This document shows positions 43,681 to 52,471 of a stretch of 64,000 nucleotides of DNA, piece by piece (the first letter of the stretch is position 1; every line of letters begins with the position of its first letter). The stretch lies in the NCBI GenBank assembly GCA_029247365.1, contig JAQWLJ010000002.1, positions 73,111 through 137,110 of the forward strand, in the 5' to 3' direction. This stretch comes from Acidimicrobiales bacterium. Lineage in GTDB: Bacteria > Actinomycetota > Acidimicrobiia > Acidimicrobiales > Aldehydirespiratoraceae. A program made the translations under genes and the position numbers. The notes under the pieces were generated by a model, which ran no database searches, had not been told where the DNA came from, and saw only the letters and a list, made by a program, of their open reading frames with translations.

Positions 43681-44201
43681 CGTTCGTTGCTCGCTGCTTT
43701 GAACTGCACAGGGATCGAACCGATGGCGTAGTCCTTGCGGAGCGGATGCCCTACCCAGTCCTCGGGCATCAGAACCCGGCTCATGTCGGGGTGGTCGGTG
43801 AACTCAATGCCGAACATGTCGAAAACCTCCCGCTCGAGATTTTCGGCGCCAGGCCAAAGATCGAACAGCGTGGGGATGACTGGCTCATCAGCATTGACCT
43901 GCATCCGAATACGAACGCGTTCGCGGGTGGTGTGGTTGATCAGCTGGGTGACGAGCTCGAAGCGCTCGGCCTCAATGCCGGCAGGCAGGTTCCGGGGCGC
44001 GGCATAGGTGAGGTAGTCGACCGCGGTCAGATCGACGAGCTGGCCGAAACCGTCGGCCTGCGCCTCCGTGCAGCCGTCGAGGTAGGTGTCGACAAACGCG
44101 TGGAGCACGCCGTCACCGGCGTCGACCATTCCGTATCGCATCGCGACCGGGGTCGCGGCCTCGTCCGTCGCCTCCTCGGCGATTTCCGGTTCGTCGCTCA
44201 C
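43677..44201 (-). CDS. nuoC: NADH-quinone oxidoreductase subunit C (14-subunit set)
   Basis: 174 aa with a LEREVFDMFGIEFTDHPD block. Confidence 0.9.
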   Translation of the reverse strand: MSDEPEIAEEATDEAATPVAMRYGMVDAGDGVLHAFVDTYLDGCTEAQADGFGQLVDLTAVDYLTYAAPRNLPAGIEAERFELVTQLINHTTRERVRIRMQVNADEPVIPTLFDLWPGAENLEREVFDMFGIEFTDHPDMSRVLMPEDWVGHPLRKDYAIGSIPVQFKAASNER

Positions 44202-44203
44202 CG

Positions 44204-44797
44204 TCAGCCCCCGATCGTCAGGCCGGCGGTCTGACCGTCGCGCTGCTCGATGGTGATACCGGCGCCGCCCCCGTTTGCCTGACGGCGCTGGGTGAGTTCA
44301 CCGGATTGGATCTTCTCGTGCACAGTGAAGATCGCGTGAAGGAGCGTTTCGGGGCCCGGAGGGCAACCCGGCGCGTACACGTCGACGGGCACAACCTGAT
44401 CGACGCCCTGCACGATCGCGTAGTTGTTGAACATCCCGCCGCTCGATGCGCACACGCCCATGGAGATGACCCATTTGGGCTCCATCATCTGGTCGTAGAC
44501 CTGTCGCAGCACTGGCGCCATCTTCTGGCTCACACGGCCCGCAACGATCATGAGATCGGCCTGACGGGGGGACGCCCGGAAGGTTTCCATGCCGTATCGG
44601 GCGAGGTCGTAGTGCGCCGCGCCGGTGGCCATCATCTCGATCGCGCAACAGGCGAGGCCAAACGTCGCTGGCCACAGGCTGCGGGCGCGGGCCCACTGGA
44701 CGAGGTTCTCGATGTTGCCGGTGAGGAAGTTGTGCTCGAACCCCTCGAGGCCGTGGTCGGCAATATCGCCGACGTCGCCGATCCCAGGAATCTTCAT
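44204..44797 (-). CDS. nuoB: NADH-quinone oxidoreductase subunit B (14-subunit set)
   Basis: [21 protein letters not shown] and GCPPGPE blocks. Confidence 0.9.
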   Translation of the reverse strand: MKIPGIGDVGDIADHGLEGFEHNFLTGNIENLVQWARARSLWPATFGLACCAIEMMATGAAHYDLARYGMETFRASPRQADLMIVAGRVSQKMAPVLRQVYDQMMEPKWVISMGVCASSGGMFNNYAIVQGVDQVVPVDVYAPGCPPGPETLLHAIFTVHEKIQSGELTQRRQANGGGAGITIEQRDGQTAGLTIGG

Positions 44798-45252
44798 CAG
44801 GCCGCCTCGCGTCCGTCGGTACCGACCCGTCGGATCGTGGACTCGGCGGTGCGTTCAGGCGACACAGCCCCTGACGGCGCCATGGTCTGTTTGAGCGGAC
44901 CCCACTCCAGGGCACCGTTGGAGATCAGGTACACGAACGACTCGAAGACAGCGAATGTGAACACCATGATCACGACGAGGCCGAAGAAGCCGAGACCCCC
45001 GAAGGCCACCGCATACGGGTAGAAGAAAATGATCTCAATGTCGAAAACGATGAAGATCATCGCAACGAGGAAGAACTTCACCGGAAAACGCTCGGGCGTC
45101 TCTTTGGTCGGCACGATGCCGCACTCGTAGGCCGCACGCTTGGCGTGCGTGGGGTTACGGGGAGCCAAAAGTCCTGAGGCGATGAAACTGCCGGACGCAA
45201 ACAAGAATGCCAGCACGAACAGCGCCAGCAATGGGAGGTACTGGCCCAGCAT
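44797..45252 (-). CDS. nuoA: NADH-quinone oxidoreductase subunit A (14-subunit set), extended C-terminus
   Basis: YECG and [10 protein letters not shown] blocks. 151 aa. Confidence 0.9.
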   Translation of the reverse strand: MLGQYLPLLALFVLAFLFASGSFIASGLLAPRNPTHAKRAAYECGIVPTKETPERFPVKFFLVAMIFIVFDIEIIFFYPYAVAFGGLGFFGLVVIMVFTFAVFESFVYLISNGALEWGPLKQTMAPSGAVSPERTAESTIRRVGTDGREAA

Positions 45253-45255
45253 GGC

Positions 45256-46374
45256 TTACGCCCCTTCGAACTCGGCCCGGCGCGCCATCACGAGTTTGTC
45301 CCGCTCATGAAGCATGTAGCAGAGGGCGAAGAAGATCAGCAGGGAGCCGATCGTGACCATGGCCGGCCGGAAACGAACGTTGCCGAGGTCACGGATCATC
45401 ACGACCGAGACGACTGGCTCTTCGGTATCGACCACGGGACGCTGGGGAGCGGTACCCGGCAGGTTGGTGATCGACTCCTCGGTAACTTGCTGAAGCTGGA
45501 CGATGCCGTAGCGGGTCGGATGGGTGATCTGCGCGGTCTGGCGGACCTTGGTCCAGACGCGGTCCCAGACATTCGGATCGTCGGGCAGGCCTTCCTTGCC
45601 GCCGATGGTGAAGGCATCGAGCAGCTTGAACTCCACCTGACTACCGAACGAGAAGTCGTTCGATTCAAGGACAATCGCAATCGCCGATGCTTGCGCTTCG
45701 CCGGATTCGGCAGTGGAGAGGAGGGTCCAGCCGCCGAGCTCGTCAGCGTCCGGATCGATGATCCCCGGGGCGACCGCAGCAAGCTCGGAGAGTGTCGTGG
45801 CCTCGTTCTTTGACTGCTCTTCGGCGGCGAGGTCGTCGATCTCCGCGTCGCTGAGACCTTCCGTCTGATCGGCGGTGAGGGTGTCGGCGGTGACGGTGCC
45901 AAACTCGAGCCAGGCTGTCTGCACCTCACCCAGGTGGGCCACCTCGTCGCTGGTCAGGCCACCTGTTCCCATGGTGAGCCAATTCGACCCATAGTCAGAC
46001 TCGGCAGCCGCGCCGGCATCGACCACGATCTCGTGAGCAGTCGGCAGCGACTCCGCCTGGAGAATGTTGGCCTCGTCGAGCGCGGCGTAGGTCAGGCGAC
46101 CCTCGTCGTCGGTTCCCTCGACGATCTCAACCTCGACCCAGGTAGGGGCATCCCCCGCCCAGCCGATGCCGTAGATCCACCAGATTGAACCCATGATTGC
46201 CATCCAGCCGAACAAGGCAGCAAGCGCAAGAAGGGTGCCGAGGCGGGGACCGGAGTTGGAGCTCAGGAGCAACCAAACCGAGCCCATCAAGGTGACCGCC
46301 ATGGCGAGCACCGCAAGGAAACCGCGGATTTCAGGGTCCCAGGCAAGACCTGCGATCAGGTCGAGCATCTCCAT
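45256..46374 (-). CDS. Membrane protein with large acidic soluble domain, unknown function
   Basis: 372 aa with N-terminal hydrophobic segments, an acidic middle and a C-terminal TM. The start shares 1 nt with the cytochrome c stop. The stop lies 3 nt before the nuoA start. Confidence 0.55.
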   Translation of the reverse strand: MEMLDLIAGLAWDPEIRGFLAVLAMAVTLMGSVWLLLSSNSGPRLGTLLALAALFGWMAIMGSIWWIYGIGWAGDAPTWVEVEIVEGTDDEGRLTYAALDEANILQAESLPTAHEIVVDAGAAAESDYGSNWLTMGTGGLTSDEVAHLGEVQTAWLEFGTVTADTLTADQTEGLSDAEIDDLAAEEQSKNEATTLSELAAVAPGIIDPDADELGGWTLLSTAESGEAQASAIAIVLESNDFSFGSQVEFKLLDAFTIGGKEGLPDDPNVWDRVWTKVRQTAQITHPTRYGIVQLQQVTEESITNLPGTAPQRPVVDTEEPVVSVVMIRDLGNVRFRPAMVTIGSLLIFFALCYMLHERDKLVMARRAEFEGA

Positions 46375-47864
46375 CAGAGTGTCCTCTCGAACGCAACGAT
46401 CGCATCGATCTGGTCAGCGGTGAGTAGCGCCGGGTACCGGAACTCGACGCCGGTACCCGGGCCCATACCAGGGCCCTGGGGGTTCGATTCGGTGAGCGGC
46501 CCGAAGCCGGGCATCTGGCCATTGCCACCCGAGCCGCCACGGCCGTAGGGAGCACCCATGGCCTGGCCCCGCTCGATGAAGGTCGCGTGACCCGCAGCCG
46601 TCTCGAACTGGTCGAGTGTGGAGCCGCCACGGAGGTTCGGGCCAAAGAAGCCACCACCCTGGACGTACTCGTCGAGGATGGCTTCGTCGGTGCCATTCGC
46701 CTCGATCATGTACGGGCCGGTCGCATCAAAGCTCCAGCCATAGGTATGGCAACGGGCGCAGCTATAGGTACCGGCAGCCGCCTCGTTGGCGAACAGGATT
46801 TCGCCGTACTGCAGGTAGGCAGCCTGACCCTCGAACGAGTCAGGGGTCGACAGGATCTCGAGCGCCGCGAAGCGCCACTTTTCCTCGTTGCCCCCGTCGT
46901 CGAGCGACGGGTCGGCCTCGAGAGCAATCTCTCGAGCGGTCTGCTGGGCGGACTGGACGTCGGCCCACCAGGCGTCGAATGCGGACTGCAGCGGCTGGTC
47001 TGCTGCGCTGTTCGACGTCTTGAGCGCCTCTCGCGCCGCCATATCGGCGTCGCATTCCGGCACCCCATCGGCTGCAGCACAGTCGAAACCGAACTCGTCA
47101 CGAGCGATGAGCCTCACAGCCCACGCGGCCTCGTCAGCGCTGGCCTGCGCAGCGCGCAGATCGACGGCCCACGACTCGTCGCTCGTTGCCATGATCAGAT
47201 CTTTTGCACCGTCCTCAACTCCGCTCGCGACCTGCTCACGGATCTCATCTTCGGTGATCTGGATGTTGCGAAGATAAAAGAGGATCTCTTCGAGTTGCTG
47301 ATCGGTGAGCGGACCACCGCCGCCGGCACCCCAGGCCGGCATGACACCGTTGCGGCCGTAATTCAGGGTGTGGAGAACTTCGTCTTCGGTGTAGCGCGAC
47401 AGCACAGTGTCGATTGCAGGCGCCTTCCATGACACTTGGGCGACGAACTCACCCGACGCGGATGTGATCGCGGTGCTGACCGCACCGCCCGAGCCCTCGG
47501 GGCCGTGACAGCTGACGCACTGGGCGCCCTCGACGTAGATCTCCTCGCCACGGTTGGTGAAGATCCGCCAGGTATCGATGTCGCGGCCTTCGTGCCGGCC
47601 CGGCTCGCCAAGCCAGTAGAGCGGCAACGTGACCGCTGTAATAGTGAGCAGCACAAGGCTGGTGCCAAGCGCTAGGTCGAGCTTCTTGCCCTCAAGATCC
47701 TCGTCGGACAGGTACGGCTTCCGGTTCGAGGCAAGCTCGAGCTCAGATCCGATCTCATCTCGAGCTGAGCGGATGTTGAAATAGATGTAGACGAGCCCAC
47801 CAAAAAAGACGATCGCCAAAATGACGAGGCCGATGGTTCGTTGTGTTGATGCAGCGAACAACAT
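46374..47864 (-). CDS. Membrane-anchored dihaem c-type cytochrome (two class-I domains split by a long linker)
   Basis: CVSCH (about aa 116) with GVMPAWG, and CARCH (about aa 369) with GQMPGFG. Two N-terminal hydrophobic helices. Confidence 0.8.
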   Translation of the reverse strand: MLFAASTQRTIGLVILAIVFFGGLVYIYFNIRSARDEIGSELELASNRKPYLSDEDLEGKKLDLALGTSLVLLTITAVTLPLYWLGEPGRHEGRDIDTWRIFTNRGEEIYVEGAQCVSCHGPEGSGGAVSTAITSASGEFVAQVSWKAPAIDTVLSRYTEDEVLHTLNYGRNGVMPAWGAGGGGPLTDQQLEEILFYLRNIQITEDEIREQVASGVEDGAKDLIMATSDESWAVDLRAAQASADEAAWAVRLIARDEFGFDCAAADGVPECDADMAAREALKTSNSAADQPLQSAFDAWWADVQSAQQTAREIALEADPSLDDGGNEEKWRFAALEILSTPDSFEGQAAYLQYGEILFANEAAAGTYSCARCHTYGWSFDATGPYMIEANGTDEAILDEYVQGGGFFGPNLRGGSTLDQFETAAGHATFIERGQAMGAPYGRGGSGGNGQMPGFGPLTESNPQGPGMGPGTGVEFRYPALLTADQIDAIVAFERTL

Positions 47865-47909
47865 GCGCGTGACGGAGTTTCTCGGGTTCTGAGTCGAAAG
47901 GGGTGGTTA

Positions 47910-48794
47910 CTAGTGCGAAGACTGGCCGATGCAGTTGGGCCCCTCGGCCTCCTGGCCGGTGGTATTGGTGCCGATCGGCGGGCCCTGGATGATCGTGCCG
48001 GTGTCGACGGTGAGGGTGCCGGCCGCATCGACACTCATGGCGAAGCGGTCCATGCCGCGCGGGGCTGGGCCACCACGCTTCTCGCCTACGCGGTTGTACT
48101 GCGAGCCGTGGCAAGGGCACTCAAACCACTGTGAGGTGACGCACTCGGGAACACGGCAGCCGAGATGCGGACACTTCTGATAGATCGCGATGACGCCGCC
48201 GTCGAGGCCAAGGTTGATACCCGCTTCCATACCAGCGAGCTCAGGCGCCGAGTAGGCGACCCGCGCCTTCTCAACCGCTCCGTTGGGATACTCGGTGAGC
48301 CACATCCGACCCTCGGCGCGGTACAAAAAGCCGTTGCTGTTGCGGATCTCTGTGAGCACGTCGCTGACGAAACCAACCTTGATAGCGGAACCGAAGCCAC
48401 CGCCGAGTTGGGGCCAGAGGAAGGCAATGCACGCCAGACCGAAGCCACCGAGGCCGATCTGCATCATGAGGATGATCGTTCGGTTGAAGAACTGACGTCG
48501 ACTGACCCCGATGACCTCGGGATCTGGCGGCACGTACGGAGCCGGTGGGGCCGACTGCCGGGCGGCAAGCACCAGCTCATTAGACGCAGCCTTGCGCTCA
48601 AGGACCTGTGCCTTCTCGACCTGCTTACCGGTGAGCGCTGACTCCTCGCCGAGCACGGTCGACGGCTTGTCACGCTTGCGCGTTTCTCCGGACAGCACAC
48701 CGACAGCCTCGTCAGCGTCCCGACCCTTGAGGGTCACGAGCGCGGCGAGGCCACCGAGGACCACCAACACGATGAGAGCGATTGCGAGTGCCAT
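47910..48794 (-). CDS. Rieske [2Fe-2S] subunit of a Rieske/cytochrome b complex
   Basis: CPHLGC ... CPCHGSQY boxes and an N-terminal TM anchor. Confidence 0.85.
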   Translation of the reverse strand: MALAIALIVLVVLGGLAALVTLKGRDADEAVGVLSGETRKRDKPSTVLGEESALTGKQVEKAQVLERKAASNELVLAARQSAPPAPYVPPDPEVIGVSRRQFFNRTIILMMQIGLGGFGLACIAFLWPQLGGGFGSAIKVGFVSDVLTEIRNSNGFLYRAEGRMWLTEYPNGAVEKARVAYSAPELAGMEAGINLGLDGGVIAIYQKCPHLGCRVPECVTSQWFECPCHGSQYNRVGEKRGGPAPRGMDRFAMSVDAAGTLTVDTGTIIQGPPIGTNTTGQEAEGPNCIGQSSH

Positions 48795-48810
48795 AGGTGA
48801 ATCTCCTCGA

Positions 48811-49596
48811 TCAGAGCTCGAAGAACAGGCCGGCTTCCCATGGGAAGACGAAGTTGAAGCCAGGACCGCGGAAGAAAGAACCGATCATGACGAGTACCGC
48901 CCAGAACATCAGATGGACGGTCATGAGCGAGATCGCAAACTTGCGGTCTTCGGGCTTCGGGGACGGGTTGCGGTCGATGTACGGCGCAAACATGAGGATG
49001 AAGAGGCCGATACCCGGGATGGTCACGCCGGCGACCATCGGGTGGAACATGGTGAGCAGCTCCTGCAGGCCGAGGAAATACCACGGCGCCTTGGAGGGGT
49101 TCGGGGTCTCGTTGAAGTTGGCCAACTCGAGCAACGGGGCGTTGACAAAGATCGAGAAGATCAGGGTGAATGCCGTGATGAAGAGCGCTGCGGCGAACTC
49201 GACCACGAGCAGGTGCGGCCACGTGTGGACCTTGTCCTGAGGCAAGCCCTTGACGTCTTGAATCGAACCGGACTTGACCACCGTAAGCAGGCGCTGGGTG
49301 TGACCACCCGGGCCGGTCGGGACCGGACCGCCACCCGAGGCTGCGGGCGCAGCCGCGGTGGGCGCCGTGGCGACGGCGGTGCCGCCACCGGCGTCGTCGC
49401 CACCATCGGCCTTGGCCTTGGCCGCGCGCGAACGCTCAAGCAAGTGCGCGGGGATCTTGCTGGCTGCTTCCTGCTGCTCGGCCGACATTGCCTCGACAGG
49501 AGCTTCCGGTGGAGCATCGGCAGCAGCCTTGGCGGCCGCGGCCTTGGCGCGAGCCTCTTCGGCTCGCTTCCGGAGATGTTCGGGGACTTCGGTCAT
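48811..49596 (-). CDS. Cytochrome b C-terminal part / subunit-IV (PetD-like), with ~110-aa Ala/Lys-rich N-terminal extension
   Basis: HTWPHLLVVEF and SKAPWYFLGLQELL (Qo-site PEWY position) blocks. Confidence 0.8.
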   Translation of the reverse strand: MTEVPEHLRKRAEEARAKAAAAKAAADAPPEAPVEAMSAEQQEAASKIPAHLLERSRAAKAKADGGDDAGGGTAVATAPTAAAPAASGGGPVPTGPGGHTQRLLTVVKSGSIQDVKGLPQDKVHTWPHLLVVEFAAALFITAFTLIFSIFVNAPLLELANFNETPNPSKAPWYFLGLQELLTMFHPMVAGVTIPGIGLFILMFAPYIDRNPSPKPEDRKFAISLMTVHLMFWAVLVMIGSFFRGPGFNFVFPWEAGLFFEL

Positions 49597-49614
49597 CGAC
49601 TTCTCTCCTTCGCC

Positions 49615-50409
49615 TTAGAGCGGACCTGAGATGCCGCCATCTTTGCGGACCCGCCAGAAGTGGATCGCCATAAAGATGACGAGCACGAACGGAAGCAAGA
49701 GGACGTGCAGCACGTACCAACGTAACAATGTGTCGGTGCCGATCTCGACGCCACCGAGCAGCACGAATCGAACCTGTTCACCAAAGACTGGCGTGTACCC
49801 CATCATGTTGGTACCCACCGTCACCGCCCAGAGGGCCAACTGATCCCAGGGCAAGAGGTAGCCGGTGAACGAAAGCAGCAAAGTGAACTGTAGTAGATTG
49901 ACGCCGATCACCCAGTTGAACTCTCGAGGGGCCTTGTAGGCGCCGTGGTAGAAGACGCGCGCCATGTGCAAGAACACCGACAGGACCATGAGGTGCGCGG
50001 CCCATCGATGCATGTTTCGCACAAGCAGACCGAACGTCACCGAGTTCTGCAAGGTGTAGATGTCGTCCCAGGCCGCGGCGGCGGTCGGACGGTAGAAGAA
50101 CATCAAGAAGATGCCGGTAACCGTCAACAGGATGAAGAGGAAGAAGCTCAGGCCGCCAAGGCACAGCGTGTAGCTGACCTTGACCGCATGACGCTTCACC
50201 TTCACCGGGTGCAGGTGGTACAGCACCGAGTTCATGATCACATAGCTGCGGTTTCGGGGGCTGTCGGTGTAGCCCTTTCGAAAGATCGAGCCGGGGCGGA
50301 AGATGGAGTTCCAGGCCTGGCTGCCCTGCACCTGGTCGGTGAGGTTCGCCATCTGGTCCTGCATCCGCTGCGGTAGCGGCTTCTTGACTTCGTCATCGGT
50401 GGTCGCCAT
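49615..50409 (-). CDS. Cytochrome b6-type (N-terminal four-helix) subunit
   Basis: Haem ligand pairs MHRWAAHLMVLSVFLH (H-x13-H) and HVLLLPFVLVIFMAIH (H-x14-H). TLCLGG block. Confidence 0.85.
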   Translation of the reverse strand: MATTDDEVKKPLPQRMQDQMANLTDQVQGSQAWNSIFRPGSIFRKGYTDSPRNRSYVIMNSVLYHLHPVKVKRHAVKVSYTLCLGGLSFFLFILLTVTGIFLMFFYRPTAAAAWDDIYTLQNSVTFGLLVRNMHRWAAHLMVLSVFLHMARVFYHGAYKAPREFNWVIGVNLLQFTLLLSFTGYLLPWDQLALWAVTVGTNMMGYTPVFGEQVRFVLLGGVEIGTDTLLRWYVLHVLLLPFVLVIFMAIHFWRVRKDGGISGPL

Positions 50410-50438
50410 TGAAATGTGGTTTCTCCCGCGTGCCCGGC

Positions 50439-50855
50439 TCAGCCGAGACGCATTCCGTATCCGTAGCCGTGCGAGTTGGTGCGCTGGTGAGCATCGCCAC
50501 CGGCGGCAGGATCACCGATCTTGCCGAGGATGATGACGCCCGTGGGGCACCGATCGACACAGAGTGCACACCGGGTGCACACGTCGTCATCAATCGTAAA
50601 GATCACTTTGTCGTTAGGGTCGTCGCCCGGGAGTTCGGTACCGATCGCCTCATCGACGGCATCGGTTCGCACCATGTGGATGCACTTCCACGGGCAGATG
50701 TCAACGCAGCCCTCGCACATGATGCACTCGGACTGGTCGATATGGATGAACTGCTTTGGCTTGACCTGCGAGGTGAGCCACGCAGCGTCGACCTGCTGCA
50801 GGACGTAGTCGTCGCGGAACTCCGGGAGCGGAGGATTCGCGTCGGTCGTGGTCAC
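50439..50855 (-). CDS. 2x[4Fe-4S] dicluster ferredoxin-like protein
   Basis: CIMCEGCVDICP and CTRCALCVDRCP motifs. GTG 50855 overlaps the upstream stop (GTGA). Confidence 0.75.
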   Translation of the reverse strand: MTTTDANPPLPEFRDDYVLQQVDAAWLTSQVKPKQFIHIDQSECIMCEGCVDICPWKCIHMVRTDAVDEAIGTELPGDDPNDKVIFTIDDDVCTRCALCVDRCPTGVIILGKIGDPAAGGDAHQRTNSHGYGYGMRLG

Positions 50856-51304
50856 GACTCTGCCCCCTCCTTCACCAGAGGACGACCAAAGTGGCTGCGC
50901 GCGACCGGCTTCTCGGCCTGCTGCTCGCCACGCTTTTGCCAGGCGGACCACATCCAGATGTTGCCGCCGAGGGCAACGATGTAGATGCCGACAGCGATGA
51001 GGTCACGCAGGACGATGTAGGTGATGCGGATCGGCGACCAGCCGCCGTCCTCTTGGCTCTTCAGAATGTCACCGGGGCCAAAGAGGATCTTGTCGACGCG
51101 CCAGTTGAGTTCATTGTCGGCCCAGGTCAGCCACTGATGCGGCACGACGCCGTACACCCAGAACATGAGGAAGAAGACGACCAGCGAGCCCATCATCGCC
51201 TCGCCCCAGGTCAGGACTTGGTCGGCCGGGCGGCGCTTCTGGTATGCGAGGATGCCACCCACGATGAGGGCAGTGACGATCAGCGATGTCACGAAGGCAA
51301 CCAC
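50852..51304 (-). CDS. Small membrane protein (about 3 TM), unknown function; first gene of the array
   Basis: 150 aa. GTG start with an AGGAG 8 nt upstream (51312-51316 on the + strand). Confidence 0.55.
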   Translation of the reverse strand: MVAFVTSLIVTALIVGGILAYQKRRPADQVLTWGEAMMGSLVVFFLMFWVYGVVPHQWLTWADNELNWRVDKILFGPGDILKSQEDGGWSPIRITYIVLRDLIAVGIYIVALGGNIWMWSAWQKRGEQQAEKPVARSHFGRPLVKEGAES

Positions 51305-51591
51305 GCGTCAACTCCTGAAGGCAGGATGGGCTCACGGACTTCGTGAATCCATGCACAAGTGTAGTCCGGTAGGCCAGCGGCCCTCGGATCCGGGGACAGA
51401 TTTATCACGCAGTTTTCCGATTTCAGACATCCGGCGGGCAGCAAATTTGTCGTCGGAAATTCATCCGATGATTCCGCTCCAGCTTGGTCGGACGTGCGAC
51501 ACTGCCTCTATCCTCAGGTGGTCGACTGTCACGCTGCCTCGCGGCGTTGCAACTCTTCTCCTGTAACCCTTCCCATCCAGCGGAGACCCTG
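51305..51591. promoter_or_regulatory. Divergent intergenic region between the respiratory array and the monohaem cytochrome c gene
   Basis: 287 nt and locally AT-richer. 7-nt inverted repeat TTTCCGA (51414-51420) / TCGGAAA (51453-51459). No promoter hexamers could be assigned with confidence. Confidence 0.35.
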
Positions 51592-52386
51592 GTGACCGAA
51601 GTACCCGAGCACCTTTTACAGCGAGCCGCCGAGGCCCGCGCTCGCCTCTCTGGAGGGCCCGCGCCCGACTCAGGCGGAGGCGAGAGCGCTGCCGCACCGG
51701 TTCCGGCCGTCGCCGCGCCCGACCCCACGCCGGCCGTGCCCGAGGAGCCCAAGGCTCCCGAGCCGGTTGCGCCCTACGTCGAGGCACGTATTCGCCGTAA
51801 GACGCTGCCGATCTGGATCATCCCCGTTCTCATCTTCCTGCCGTTCTGGGCGATCTACTACGTCGGCTACCTCGAGAACCCCACCGTTACCGGTGGCTTC
51901 GCCTTCGAAGGGGGAGAGGCCTACGGCGGCCAGTGCGCCGGCTGCCACGGCGGTGCAGGCGGCGGTGGCACCGGTCGCCAGCTCAGCGGAGGCGAGGTCA
52001 TCGCCACCTTCCCCGCCAACGACGAGGGCGTCGCCCAGATGGTGTACTGGGTATCCAGCGGCACGGCGGGCGCAGTCGACGGCGTGTACGGCGACCCTGC
52101 CCGCAGCGGCGGCCAACGCCAGGCCGGATCGTTCGGCGTCATGGGCGGATTCGGTGGCAGCCTGTCGACCGAGGAACTCGCTGCAGTCGTGTACCACGAG
52201 CGTGCGGCCTTCGGTAATCTTGATGACGCCACAATCGAGCACGAGATTCACCTGCTCGAAGAACTGGTGCATGTGGTCGACGACGCTGGCGAGAGCTTCG
52301 ACGGCGCCTCCCTTGACGACGTCCGTCTCTGGGTCGACGCAGCAAGCGCAAAGCTCGTCGCCGACGGCGAAATGGCTGCCGAGTAG
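51592..52386 (+). CDS. Membrane-anchored monohaem c-type cytochrome
   Basis: GTG 51592 preceded by GGAGA. One TM (LPIWIIPVLIFLPFWAIYYVG), one CAGCH motif, and an acidic C-terminal domain. Confidence 0.75.
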   Translation: MTEVPEHLLQRAAEARARLSGGPAPDSGGGESAAAPVPAVAAPDPTPAVPEEPKAPEPVAPYVEARIRRKTLPIWIIPVLIFLPFWAIYYVGYLENPTVTGGFAFEGGEAYGGQCAGCHGGAGGGGTGRQLSGGEVIATFPANDEGVAQMVYWVSSGTAGAVDGVYGDPARSGGQRQAGSFGVMGGFGGSLSTEELAAVVYHERAAFGNLDDATIEHEIHLLEELVHVVDDAGESFDGASLDDVRLWVDAASAKLVADGEMAAE

Positions 52387-52471
52387 CCGACGTCTGCGGC
52401 ACATCTGAACGAGCGGTCCAACGTCTCGCGACGCCTGGCGTCCTCAGGTCAGTCGATAAGACGTCGATTCG

